Of a DNA stretch of 64,000 nt, positions 51,094-63,880 are shown in pieces. The translations under genes were made by a program, and so were the position numbers. This DNA comes from Felis catus. Taxonomy: Eukaryota. Numbering within the stretch: the first letter of the stretch is position 1; each line of letters starts with the position of its first letter. The notes under the pieces are model-generated. The model was not told the DNA's origin. It did not search any database and was given only the letters and a program-made list of their open reading frames with translations. Location of the stretch: NCBI RefSeq assembly GCF_018350175.1, contig NC_058368.1, forward strand, positions 10,602,001 through 10,666,000. The letters run 5' to 3'.

Positions 51094-51688
51094 CACTACA
51101 AAAACCCAAGTGAGTAGAATAAAGGAAATAATAAAGACCAAAGTGAAAATAACTGAAATACTCAAAAACAATAGAAAAGATCAATAAAACTAAAAGCTGG
51201 TTCATTGAAAAGATAAACAAAATCATTGAACCTCTAGTTAGACTCATCAAGAGAGAGAGACCAATAAATAAAATCAGAAATGAAAGAGAAGTTACAACTG
51301 ACACCAGAAAAACACAAAGGATCATAAAAAACTATCATGAACAATTACATGCAAACAAATTGGACAACCTGGAAGAAATGGTTAAATTCCTACAAACACA
51401 CAACCTTTGAAGACTGAATCATGAAGAAATAGAAAATCTAAACAGACCAGCTACAAGTAATGAAATGGAATTACTAATTAAAAAATTCTCCAGAACAAAA
51501 ATCTAGGACTAAAACTCTCCAAACAAAAATCTAGGATGAGCCAGCTTCATAGGTGAGTTCTACCAAATAATCAAATATTTAAAGAAGAGTTAGTTCCTAT
51601 TTTTCTCATATTATTCCAAAAAAATTGAAGAGGATGGAATACTTTCAAATGCATTTTTTGAGTTTTATATCAAAACTGGACAAAGACA

Positions 51689-51689
<1 letters not shown>

Positions 51690-51735
<46 letters not shown>
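51690..51735. repeat. (CA)n microsatellite
   Basis: About 23 CA units. Confidence 0.95.
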
Positions 51736-51738
<3 letters not shown>

Positions 51739-53158
51739 CAGACCAAGACCCCTCATGAATATAGATGCAAATACCCTCAACAAAATATTAGAAAACTGAT
51801 CTCAAAAATACTTCAATAGGATCACACACCATGATCCGATGGGGTTTATTCCAGGGATGCAAGGATGCTTCATCATTCGCAAATCAATCAATGTGATATA
51901 CCACATTAATAAATCAAAGGATAAAATAATATTATCATCTCCATAGATGCAGAAAAATTATTTGAAAAAATTCAACATCCATATACGATAAACACTCTCA
52001 GAAAGTGGGTATGGATACAAGGGACCTCAACATAACAAAGGCCATACATGACAAGTCCACAGCTCACATCATACCCAATGTTGAAAAGCTAAATGCTTTC
52101 TCTCTAATATCAGGAACAAAACAAGGATATTCACTCTCACCACTTTTATTCTATATAGTACTGGAAGTCCTAGCCACAGCAATCAGACAACAAAAAGAAA
52201 AAAAGGAGGCAATCAAATTGGAAAGGAAAAAATAAAATCATTATTTGCAAATGACATGGTACTATATCTATAAACCCTTTAAGACTCCACCCAAAACTAT
52301 CAAAAGTAATAAATGAATTCAGTAAAGTTGTAGGATACAAAATTAACATCTAGAAATCAGTTGCATTTCTGTACATTACTAATGAGTTATCAGAAACAAG
52401 AACTAAGAAAATCATTCCATTTACAATTGCACCAAAGAGAATAAAATACTCAGGAATGAAACGTAACCAAGGTGAAAGACTCATAGTCTGAAAACTATAA
52501 GACACTGATAAAAGAAACAAGATAACACAAATAAATCGAAAGATATGTTATGCTCATGGATTGAAAAGACTAATGTTAAACTTTCCATACTAGCCAAAGC
52601 CATCTATAGATTTAATGCAATCCCTAGCAAAATATCAAAGGCATTTTTTTTTTCACAGAACTAGAACAAAGAATCCTAAATTTTTTATGGAACTGCAAAA
52701 GGCCCCAAGTAGTCAAAGCAATCTTGATAAAGAACAAAGCTGGAATTCTCACACTCCCTGATTTCAAACTATGCTGTAAAGCTACAGTAATCAAAACAGT
52801 GTGGTACTGACATGAAAACAGACACATATATCAATGCATAAGAATAGAGAGCCCCCAAATAAGCCCACACATATATGACTAGTTAATCTATGATAAGAAA
52901 GGTAAGACTATACAATGGGGAAAAGACAGTCTCTTCAATAAATGGTTTTGGGAAAACTGGACATGTAAAAGAATGAAACTGGGCTACTATCTTACATCAT
53001 ATACAAAAGCAAATTCAAAATGGATTAAAGACTTGAATGTAAGACCTGAAACCATAAAACTCCTGAAAGAAAACAGAGACAGTAAGCTCTCTGACATCAG
53101 TCTCAGCAATATTTTTTTGAACCAATCTCTTTGGGCAAGGATAAGAAAAGCTAAAATA

Positions 53159-53382
53159 GGGGCGCCTGGGTGGCGCAGTCGGTTAAGCGTCCGACTTCAG
53201 CCAGGTCACGATCTCGCGGTCCGTGAGTTCGAGCCCCGCGTCGGGCTCTGGGCTGATGGCTCAGAGCCTGGAGCCTGTTTCCGATTCTGTGTCTCCCTCT
53301 CTCTCTGCCCCTCGCCCGTTCATGCTCTGTCTCTCTCTGTCCCAAAAATAAAATAACCGTTGAAAAAAAAAATAAAAAAAAA
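53159..53382 (+). mobile_element. Young cat-type SINEC_Fc nested in L1
   Basis: cttcagccagg head, CpGs retained, perfect TSD aagaaaagctaaaata (53143-53158 / 53383-53398). Confidence 0.97.
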
Positions 53383-56204
53383 AAGAAAAGCTAAAATAAA
53401 TAAATGGGATTATATCCACCCCCAAAACTTCTGCACAGTAGAGAAAAACATTAACAAAATGAAAAAGCCACCTACTGAATGAAGGAAAATATTTACCAAT
53501 TATACATCTGATAAGGGGTCAATATCTAAATATATAAACAGCTTCCATCCCTTAATGTCAAAAAAAAAAAAGAAAAAAAAAGAAACAACCTGTTTAAAAA
53601 GAAATGGACAGAAGATTCAATAGACATTTGTTTTCCCCAAAGAAGACACACAGATTGCCAACAGACACATGAAAAGATGCTCAACATCACTAATCATCAG
53701 AAAGTACAAATCAAAACCACAATGAGATTTCACCTCACAGCTGTCATAGTGGCTACATGTGTAAAACAGATAGGAAATAACGTGTTGGTGAGGATGCGAA
53801 GAAAAGGGAACCTTCATATATTTTGATTGGGAATGTGAACTGGTGCAGCATCTGTGGAAAACCGGACGGAGGTTCTTCAAAAAATTAAAAATAGAACTAC
53901 CATATGATCCAGCATGTGGGTGGGAATATTCACTTTTGGGAATGTCTCCAGTGAAAATGAAAATACCAGTTTGAAGAAATAGATGCACCCCTGCATTCAC
54001 TGCAGAATGATTTACAATAGCTAAGATATGGAAACAGCCTAGGCATCCAAAGAGGGATGAATGGATGAATAAAGAAGTTGTGGTATATGTGTACCCCCTG
54101 CACCCCCCCCCCAACACATGCTGGAATATTACTCAGCCATTTGTGAAATACAGGTGGACCTCAAGGGCATTATGCTAAGTGAAACAGGTCAGACAAAGAA
54201 AGAAAAATACCATATGTTTTTACTTATATGTGGAAACTAAAACAAAACAAACAAAACAGAAACAAACTCATGGTTACAGGAAACAAAATGTTGATTACTA
54301 GACAACAGCAGATAAAATAGGTGAGAAGGATGAAGAGATACAAACTTCCAGTTATAAAACAAAGAAGCCATGGGGATGTAACATACAGCGTAAGAAATAT
54401 AGATGAATAATATCATAATAGGTTTGTATGGTGACAGATGGCAACCAGACTTATGAGGATCATATCATAATGTATCTAAGTATTGCATCACTAGGATATA
54501 CACCTGAAAGTCATAGGATATTGTGTGTCAATTACACATAAGAAAATCAACCCATTGATTTAAAAAAAAATACTTGCTTCTCTTTCTATTTCTACTCTCT
54601 TTCTACTACAGCTAGTAACTGTATCTATTCGCTTAATGGCTCAAATATTCATTTCGTCATCTAATCTTAATTTAGACTTTTGTTTCCATAAGGTAATTGC
54701 AGATTCCCTGCACCTGATATGGAGCAGCGTATTTTCTCGAAAACCATTGAAATAAACGGTATCATACAACTCTATTGCATAAAGTGAGCTCCTCCTGCTT
54801 TATTACTATCTATGCAATGCATCTATCTCCGCACCTAGACAAAGTTTTCTTACTTGGACTTTGATGTTTTACATCATTTTGAACTTCCTACAAATAGAAC
54901 TTCCTATTTTTTTTCTTCAGCTACAAGACAAAGAGAAGAATAAAATGAACATGAAGTGCTCAGGTGACTGGGGAGGAGAGTCCATGGTGGGGATTTGGGG
55001 GAGAGGTTTGGTTTTTTAGTGAATCATGGTTTACAGATACAAAGGAGGATGTATCGAATACATACATACAAAGGAGTAGAGATACAAAGGAGAGTGTATT
55101 GAAGATAATTTTTACAGGAGAGCCTAAGTTATGAAAAGGCAAGCTACACTTCAGTTCTGCCAAGGAAACGTCTGAGGAAAACTGCATAAACAGACCCCAT
55201 AGAGATACATTTCATTTTATTCACTGCTATGGGGGAGGGATTCTGCTGTGCAGACTGTTTATTGTCATGGTATCTCATGCCCTTCTTGGAATTTCGCGAT
55301 ATAAACATGGAAGAAATTGGGAAAGGTGGGACACGAGGAAGCCCGAGGTAAGATCCAATCCATCTTGTTCCTCGTGGAAGAATTCCCCAGATGTCTTTCT
55401 TAATGCATACCATCGAAAACGTCTTCCTGGCTGTGCATTTCCTGGATGTATACGGAGAGCACGTTGCATCGATCCTTTCTTCAAGTAGCCATCGTTCAAA
55501 AAGCTGGATTTGCCCTGTGATCTATCAGAACCTGCACTGCAGCAAGCCAAACACGGCAGGGGGCTGTTCTGTGGGTATTTTAAAAACTGCCCCTTTTAGA
55601 TAATTTCTACTTCCTCTTTCCTCTCTGTCAACAATCTCATTCTATAGTTACAAAATTCCTTCACTTATTTTTAGAAGTAAATGATTGTGTAAATAATCCA
55701 CAAATACCCCATCCAAATCTTAGACCGTAAGACTTCCCGCTCTTGACCTAGGCTCTGGGTTTCGGAAACACTTGATTAGGTGTAAGTGTTAAATGAACAA
55801 AGAAAGTGACAAAGAGTGCAAAGTATGGTTAAACATGAATGCTCTAGTTTTCATCTTTCCGGTCAGAGACAAAGCAATTTAAGTAGTAATTTAGCTAGAA
55901 TCAAAGTTATACGTTATGAAACTACATAAAGGTGGATCTTCAAAACATTTCCAGTTATAGAAGAGGTTTTCATACTATGAATGCTAAATTACATTGGCCA
56001 CTTGTTTTCATTTTTTATTTTATTTAGCTTTTCCAATTTTTAATGTTTCTTAAGGTAATATATTCACAATGTTAAACTAAAATAATAAATGAGGCTTAGC
56101 ACATAGTTAGTATTCAATAAGGTTCTGTTGAATGAATCCATGTATTAAAGAATTAGAAGCCCTTCCTTAGCCCTAGTCCTAATTTTAGTTGTCAAAGACA
56201 TGCA

Positions 56205-58217
56205 CTTTTTTTTTTAAATCTATTTTTTATGACTTAATTTCAGTGGAGAAGTTTTAGGTTCACAGCAAAATTGAGAAGGCACCGAGATTTCCCACAATAC
56301 CCCCATGCATAGCCTTACCACCAGAATGATACGTTTATTACAATTAATGAAAATACACTGACATACCATAAACACCCAAAGCTCATAAGTTATATTACAG
56401 TTCACTTTCTGTGTTGCACATTCTATGGGTTTGGATAAAGTAGAATGACATATGTCCATCGTTATGATATTATATAGTATATTTTCACTGCCTTAAAAAT
56501 CCTCTGTGCACCACTATTTTCTCCTTCCCCTTTCCACTCCTCACTCCACATCCCTAGTGGCCACTGATTTTTATTTTATTTTATTTTATTTTATTTTATT
56601 TTATTTTATTTTATTTTATTTTATTTTATTTTATTTTATATTTTTACTGTCTTGATTCATGTAGTTGGAATCAGAAAGTATGTGACCTCTTCAGATTGGT
56701 TTCTTTCATTTAGTAACATACATTTCAGATTCCTTCATGTCTTTTCATGGCTTGCAATCTCATTTTTTAGTGCTAATATTTCATCGTCTGGATGTACCAC
56801 AGTTTATCTGTTCACTTACTGAAGAATATGATGGTTGCTTCCAAGTTTTCACAATAATTAGTAAAGTTGCTATAAACATCAATGTGCAGATTTTTATGTG
56901 GGTATGTTTTCAACTCCTTTAGGTAATTTCAAGGACTGCAATTGGTGGATTTTATGGCAAGAGCATGAGTTCTGTGAGAAACCACCAACCGTCTTCCAAA
57001 GTGGCTGTCACATTTTGTATTCCCACTGGCAACTGGTGAGAGTTCGTGTTGTTCCACATCCTCACCAAGATCTGGCATTGTCAGTCTTCTGCATTTGGCC
57101 ATTTAAGAGGTGTGTATTTGTATCTCTTTGTTGCTTTAATTTGCATTTCTTTGATGACATATGATGTGAAGCCTTTTTCCTATGCCGACTGGCCACCTGT
57201 ATGTCTACTTTGGTGAGGTGTCTGTTAAGGTCTTTGGCTCATTTTAAAATAGGGTTGTTTATTTTGTTACTGTCGAGTTTTTTTTTTTTCTTTTTTAAAA
57301 ATTTTTTTTCAACGTTTATTTATTTTTGGGACAGAGAGAGACAGAGCATGAACGGGGGAGGGGCAGAGAGAGAGGGAGACACAGAATCAGAAACAGGCTC
57401 CAGGCCCTGAGCCATCAGCCCAGAGCCCGACGCAGGACTCGAACTCCCGGACCGCGAGATCGTGACCTGGCTGAAGTCGGACGCTTAACTGACTGCGCCA
57501 CCCAGGCGCCCCTGTTACTGTCGAGTTTTAAGAGTGTGTTGTATATTTTGGAAAACAGTGCTCTAGTCGAGGTGTCTTTTGCAATATTTTCTGCCAGGTG
57601 GTGGCTTCTATTCTTGTTCTCTTGACATTGTCTTTCACAGAACAGAGGTTTTAAATTTTAATGGGACCCAGCTCATCAGTTATTTCTTTCATGGATTATA
57701 CCTTTGGGGTTGTGTCAAAAACATCACTGCTGTACTCAAAATCGTCTAGGTTTTCTCCTATGTTATTTTCTATGAGTCTTATACTTTTGTGTTTTGCATT
57801 TAGATTTATGATCCAGTTTGAGCTAATTTTTGTGAAGGATGTAAGGTATGTGTCTAGATTTATTTTTTATCGCAAATGGGTGGTCAGTTGGTCCAGCCAT
57901 TTGTTTAAAAGATGTTTGCTTCATTGTATTGTCTTTGCTCCTTTTGTCAAAGATCAATTGAATATATTAATGTGGGTTTATTTCTGGGCTCTCTATTGTG
58001 TTTCATTGATCTGTTTGTCTCTTTCGCAAATACCATACTGTCTTGATTATTGTCACTTTATAGTAAATCTTGATGTTGTCTAGGGTCAGTCCTGCAACTT
58101 TGTTCTGCTTCAATATTGTGTTGCCTATCCTGAGTCTCTTGCCTCTCCGTATAAACCTTAAACAAAGTTTTTCAATATCCCCTAAATAACTTTCTGGGAT
58201 TTTAATTGGGATTGCAT
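56205..58217 (-). mobile_element. L1MC1-like 3' portion, containing (TTTTA)n at 56568-56640 and a SINE
   Basis: gttttaggttcacagcaaaattgag...cattctatgggtttgga...cactgccttaaaaatcctctgtgc, then antisense ORF2-like text. Confidence 0.88.
57282..57512 (-). mobile_element. Young cat-type SINEC_Fc nested in L1
   Basis: cctggctgaag head; perfect TSD tgttactgtcgagtttt (57265-57281 / 57513-57529). Confidence 0.97.
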
Positions 58218-58853
58218 AATCAAGAGAAACACTTTTAACATTTTAAGGGGATTATCTTCCTATATTCCAAATAATAAATCACTATTGCATGATTTTACAT
58301 TCAACACGTAACTCCTCATTGTGAAAGATGAGGATCTGCCTCCGTTACTCATCCAAGTTTCTATCTCCTTGTTGCAATTTTTGATACTTAGTGTTTCAGT
58401 CCTGTTGCTTTTCTCTGTAACTTTACATGTCATGTTTAAACTTACATTTCTTGTTCCACCAACTTTAAATATAATATCTCAGCTTCCCACAATGTTAGAT
58501 GAGGATAGTAGTATCTACTTCCTTTCTCCTTTCCTCTTTTCTTTTTGTATAGTCAAGGTTAATGAAGTTTATACTGTTTCATAACTACATCAAACACTTG
58601 CAGTTTTTTTCAATGAATTCTCTCTTAAGGTTGAAAAAATACTATTTGCAAAATTATAACTATATGCAAAATAGAGGGCTAGCATTATATATTATATATA
58701 TCGGTGGGTACAATGTCCTGACTGCGATGTCACTTGAAGGAAACAATTCAAAGCAGCCAAGCTAAGTGGAATTTCTTTCCTTCACTTCTGTTGTTCAAAA
58801 TCATGCCATAGCTTACTTTGAAATGTATTTTGACACGTCTTCCTTACATATTT

Positions 58854-59071
58854 AAAAAAAAAAATTTTTAACATTTATTTATTTTTGAGACAGAGAGAGA
58901 GAGAGCATGAACAGGGGAGGGTCAGAGAAAGAGGGAGACACAGAATCCGAAACAGGCTCCAGGCTCCGAGCTGTCGGCCCAGAGCCCGACACGGGGCTCG
59001 AACCCACGGACAGTGAGATCATGACCTGAGCGAAGTCGGACGCTTAACCGACTGAGCCACCCAGGCGCCCC
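58854..59071 (-). mobile_element. CAN-SINE
   Basis: TSD ttccttacatattt on both sides. Confidence 0.95.
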
Positions 59072-59299
59072 TTCCTTACATATTTTATAGCTTTCTTAGC
59101 TGTTTTAATTATTTTACTCACCTCTTGAGAGTAGAAACATTTCTGTGTTTATTTTCATCATTTCTTAATAAGAATTATTTTCTTCTTCCAGTCCAGTGGC
59201 TTCCCTCTTTACTTTGAATCCTTTGCTTATTAGACATTCTGTATAACTGTCATGCTGGGGAACATGTTCATTGAGCTCTTCAATCATGTTGATGATTTC

Positions 59300-59960
59300 T
59301 CGTATCCCATGACTTTCTCACTCTTTACCTTCCTTCCTTTCAGAAAGGTTGTATGGGAGATAATGTCCTGAGCCGCTTGATAGCTAAAAAGGCTTTTGTT
59401 TGTCCTCTCGTTGGAAACTTGGGGAGATCTAGTAGTCCAGGTTTCAAATAATTTTCTCCCAGAACTTATATGCCATTATTTCATTGATGGCAGTTAGCGT
59501 TGATGAGACAACCAATGCCCATCTGTTTCTCATTTTCTGTGTTTCGCACTGTGGCAATTTTAATACCCTTTCCTTAATGTTTTGAAATGTCATGGTAATT
59601 TGTCTAGGGAGAGTGGTTTGTTTTTTCATTCCTTCTTCTTGGGTCTCCGTAGACTCTTAAAATGTGAAGGACTCATGCCTCTTTTCAGCCCTGGAAAAAC
59701 TTTCACGCTTCTTTATTTTACAATTTTCCCTATGTTTTTCGTTCTGTATCCAGAACACCTGTTGGTCAGAAGTTGTAATTCCTAGATTAGGTTCTTCACC
59801 TTTCATATCTCAGGCTTTCAGTTCCGTATTCTAGATTACCTAGACTTCAATTTCAAACATCTATTACATTAAAAAAGTTATTTTCAAAATCATGTTTACT
59901 TTCTGAGAGTTCCTTTTTATTGTTTCTACCTCATAGTGCCCTGTTCTTATTTAATGAATG
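59300..59960 (-). mobile_element. Ancient L1ME/HAL1-like ORF1 region
   Basis: Minus-strand translation TLPRQITMTFQNIKERVLK resembles the L1 ORF1p PRHI-type motif. Confidence 0.5.
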
Positions 59961-59984
59961 GCATATGCTCTTTCTCTAAACATC

Positions 59985-60570
59985 TTTGTCAAGGCAAAAT
60001 GTACATACTGTAAAATCTGTACAATTTAAGTGTACAACTCAATGATTTTTAGCAAATTTATCGGGTTGTATAATCACCGCAATCCAGTTTTAGAACATTA
60101 CCATCACCTCAGAAAGATCTCTTGTGCCCATTTTTAGTCAACCTCTGCTCCCATCCTCATTCCCGATTAATCTACTTTCTGTCCTTAAAGATTTGCATTT
60201 TCTAGGCATTTCACATAACGGAATCATCTAACATGTAGTCTTTTGCCTTAAGTTTCTTTTCACCAGCATGTTTTTGAGGTTAATTCATGTTTTAGCTAGT
60301 AGTTGATTCCTTTTTATTCCTTAATGGTATCCCATTGAATGGATATATACTGCATTTTGTTTTTTCATTCATCAGTTGATAGACATTTGGATCGTCTTCA
60401 GTTCATGGCTCTTACGAATACTAATGCCGTATGAACACTTGCATTTGAGTCTTTGACACAGGTTTTCTTTTGTCTTAGGTAGGTATTTAGGAGTGAAATT
60501 CCTGGATCATATGAAAAGTTTATGTTTAACATTTTAAGTAACTGTTAAACTGCTTACCAAGTGGCTTCCT
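59985..60570 (-). mobile_element. L1MB-like 3' end
   Basis: aagtgtacaactcaatgatttttagcaaattt...atccagttttagaacatt...atcagttgatagacatttgg. Confidence 0.8.
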
Positions 60571-61563
60571 GTTTCTTGTTTATGGGCAGGGACGTTGAGA
60601 GTGGTGAACTAAAGGTTTTCCTTAGGGGACCATTGGGTCAAGTATCTGAAGTATCAGTTATTGGTAGGTCTATTTTCTTGGCCAGTTTGCCCTGAAAATA
60701 GATCTTGAATTTCTTGCCCGAGAGTGGGCTTGAGGTGAGGGAACTGAGGGCTTTCCTGGTTAGTATGTAAACTTTGCTTTTCTTCTTACTGCCACATAGT
60801 ACTTCTGCACTTAATGAGTCTAATGTCCCCAAGGTTAGTTTACCTCTGGTTCAGTCTCTTCAGAGAGTACTCTCCAGTCTTCTGTCAGACTAGAAAAGGG
60901 TAGTTACCTAGCTGCGGGAGAGAAAGAAGGAAATATGAGGAGTTAACTGCTCCTGATACAGATTTATCATCATCTCCACTCTTAGCTCCCTCTGGACGCC
61001 CATTCTCAGAGATGATTGGTGTTTCTATTTCCTCTGCATCTGGGATTCTATGAAATGCTCAACACCTCTGCCCTTCCCCTAAACAATGCAAGACTCTTGA
61101 CTGTTTTAGCTTAGGTATTTTCTCACATTACTGATGCTCTGATTTAATTCCATCTTGTTTGTAATGCCTGTTTGTCAATATTATGATTATTTTTAGAATA
61201 TTTATTTAAAATTACCCATAAGTCGACCATATTTACCATCATTCTGTTTTCATTTCTTTCTTCTTATGTTTCCTTCTTTTTAGTTTCCTATTTCTATTTA
61301 AAATTTCCCTTTTTTAAAAAAAGTCCTTAAACTGATGGCATACTTGAACTTACATTGCAACTATTTTTAAAATCACTTTTGGAAACTTTTTTCTACTTCA
61401 GAAACATTTCAGATACAATAAAACAACAAATTTTACATTTTATTTCCGTATTGTATTACTGTGTTGGATTTTCTCCTCCGTCACCAGAGATGAATGCACA
61501 ACTCTCATACTTTATTTGGTAGTTGCTAAAAGAAAAAAAAAAGTAAAATAAAAAAATAAGTGT

Positions 61564-61757
61564 AGAGCATCCTGGTGGCTCAGTTGGCTGAGCATCCAAC
61601 TCTTGATTTCAGCTCACACCGTGATCCCAGGGTCATGGGATCGAGCCCTGCATCAAGCTCCATGCTGTGCGTGCAGTCTGCTTAAGACTCTCTCTCTCTC
61701 CCTCTGCCCCTCTCCCCACCTCATGCTCTCTCTTTAAAATAAAAAAAAAATTTAATT
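61564..61757 (+). mobile_element. CAN-SINE (older subfamily)
   Basis: ggtggctcagttgg head; TSD aaaaaataagtgt/aaaacataagtgt. Confidence 0.9.
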
Positions 61758-61780
61758 GAAAAACATAAGTGTCAATTTTA

Positions 61781-62011
61781 TTTTTTTATTAAAAAAAATT
61801 TTTTTTTCAACGTTTATTTATTTTTTGGGACAGAGAGAGACAGAGCATGAACGGGGGAGGGGCAGAGAGAGAGGGAGACACAGAATCGGAAACAGGCTCC
61901 AGGCTCTGAGCCATCAGCCCAGAGCCTGACGCGGGGCTCGAACTCCCGGACCGCGAGATCGTGACCTGGCTGAAGTCGGACACTTAACCGACTGCGCCAC
62001 CCAGGCGCCCC
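61781..62011 (-). mobile_element. Young cat-type SINEC_Fc
   Basis: Perfect TSD aagtgtcaatttta (61767-61780 / 62012-62025). Confidence 0.97.
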
Positions 62012-62034
62012 AAGTGTCAATTTTAGAAAGGTGA

Positions 62035-62118
62035 AAATGGGGAGAGAGGAGAAGGAGAAAAGGAAAGACGGGAGGGAGGAAGAAAGGGAAGGATGGAAGG
62101 AAGAAGGAAGGGGAAAAT
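62035..62118. repeat. Polypurine (GA-rich) tract
   Basis: About 80 nt almost entirely A/G. Confidence 0.8.
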
Positions 62119-63078
62119 AGCTTTAGTGTTTTAGGCTGTAATTACATTTCTTTATAAATCTTATTCTGGTACTGTTTTGAAGATATCCAAGGAAAATTTT
62201 CATAAGGTGAAGAGAGGGAAACAGGAGATGTTCTTCTGAAGGACAGAAAGCAAAGGGATATATCTAGAGTCCCACTCCTCTAGTAATTTCATAAATTTCA
62301 TAAATTTCATAAATAGCAATTTAAGTCTCTTGTCCTCTCTTTTGTTTCACTCCAGTTGTTCTTGAATAATGGAAAAATAGGTACATAGAATAACTTTTTA
62401 ACATCTTCTCAGATCTAACACAAAAGAAGTTTTTATTAATGCATTCAAATGAATTCTAACTGAATAATTCAAACTCCATTTATCTCAGCAAACATTTACT
62501 AACTGGTGATATGGTTGCCTCGCAGGCAGAAACACCTAGAACAAAAAATTAGGTTCTGCAGTTTTTAAAAATAGGAGATTTGTACTCTAAGAATTGTGTG
62601 TGTGTGCTATAGTCAAAAGAGATGTGCCCTTGAATGGACTTTATGTGTGCTTCAATACAGTAGGCATAAAGAAAAAAAACCTCACAAAACCCCCCAAATT
62701 TGGGGAAGACGTAGATCCAAGAGTCATGGCCAAGCTGCTGGCAGCCAAAAGTGAATTAAGTAAATATAACAGATGAACTTCTTCTTTAGAGGCTATTTTC
62801 AGCAGCACCCTGTTTTATCTTAAATGAATCAGGCATGGAAAAAATGTAGAATAAATATTTCAACCCCAGAGGGTGAAGGTGTTCTAGCTTCACAGCTCTT
62901 AGGGTGAGCAACACTGGACAGGATACATGCATTTCTGAGCCCCAGTTTCTGTGTTTGTTTAAAAAACAAAGCATGACTTCTTTATGAACATGAGTTTTGA
63001 AATCAGACATAGTCAGTCTGGTTCTGCCATACACTAATGCTTTAAATATGGATATGTTACTTAACCTAAGCATTTTTA

Positions 63079-63090
63079 TTTTTTAAATAT

Positions 63091-63129
<39 letters not shown>

Positions 63130-63880
63130 TAATTTATTGTCAAATTAGCTAGCATACAGTCTATATACAATGTGCTCTTGGCTTCAGGAGTAGATTTCCA
63201 TGATTCATCACTTACATACAACACCCAGTGTTCATCCAAACAAGTGCCCTTCTCAATGCCCATCACCCATCTTCCCTGCTGCCCAATGCCCCACCCCCAT
63301 CAACCCTCAGTTTGTTCTCTGTATTTAAGAGTCTCTTATGATTTGCCTTCCTCTCTGTTTGTAACTTCTTTTTCCTTCCCTTCCTCCATGGTCTTCTGTT
63401 AAGTTTCTCAAATTCCACATATGAGTGAAAACATACGACATCTGTCTTTCTGTGACTGACTTATTTCACTTCACATAATACTCTCCAGTTCCATCCATGT
63501 TGTTGCAAATGGCAGGGTTTCATTCTTTTTCATCAACAAGTAGTATTCTATTGTATGTATTGTCTTGTATATATACATACACCACCTCTTTATCCATTCA
63601 TCAGTTGATGGACATTTGGGCTCTTCCCGTAATTTGGCTATTGTTGATAGTTCTGCTATAAACATCGGGGTACATGTGCCCCTATGAATCAGCACTCCTG
63701 TATCCTTTGGGTAAATTCCTAGTAGTGCTACTGCTGGGTTGTAGAGGAAACAACAGATGTTGGCAAGGATGTGGAGAAAGGGGAACCCTCTTGCACTGTT
63801 GGTGGGAATGCAAACTGGTGCAGCCGCTCTGGAAAATGGTGTGGAGGTTCCTCAGAAAATTAAAAATATTTGCGTATTCT
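63079..63880 (-). mobile_element. Carnivore L1 3' fragment with 5' inversion (63745-63868 on +)
   Basis: (TTTA)n tail, antisense 3'UTR and ORF2 end up to 63744, then sense ORF2 ([14 protein letters not shown]); TSD ttaacctaagcattttta / ttaacccaagcatttgta. Confidence 0.93.

Larger units (their letters stand above)
48515..54542 (+). mobile_element. TSD-bounded, internally deleted L1 (L1MA9/L1_Carn-like): 5'UTR, ORF1 C-terminus, degraded ORF2, 3'UTR
   Basis: 5' end gagaggttccaagatggc; ORF1-like aaggcagcaagagaaaaa at 49231; EN and RT remnants ([25 protein letters not shown]); TSD aaaatgagcccattg 48500-48514 / aaaatcaacccattg 54543-54557. Confidence 0.92.

Noticed and set aside
48515..54542. Active full-length L1
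   Set aside because: Most of ORF1 is missing; ORF2 has many stops and frameshifts, SINE insertions and microsatellites
53617..58083. Long hydrophobic ORFs (53617-54117, 57661-58083 and others)
   Set aside because: Antisense frames of L1 sequence
1302..62020. Recurrent ORFs such as MAQLVKRPTSAQVMIS..., MGQRETEHE... and [10 protein letters not shown]...
   Set aside because: Translations of CAN-SINE copies, not a gene family
62594..62776. Protein-like ORF ending ...FGEDVDPRVMAKLLAAKSELSKYNR
   Set aside because: No recognised homology, weak splice context and length within chance
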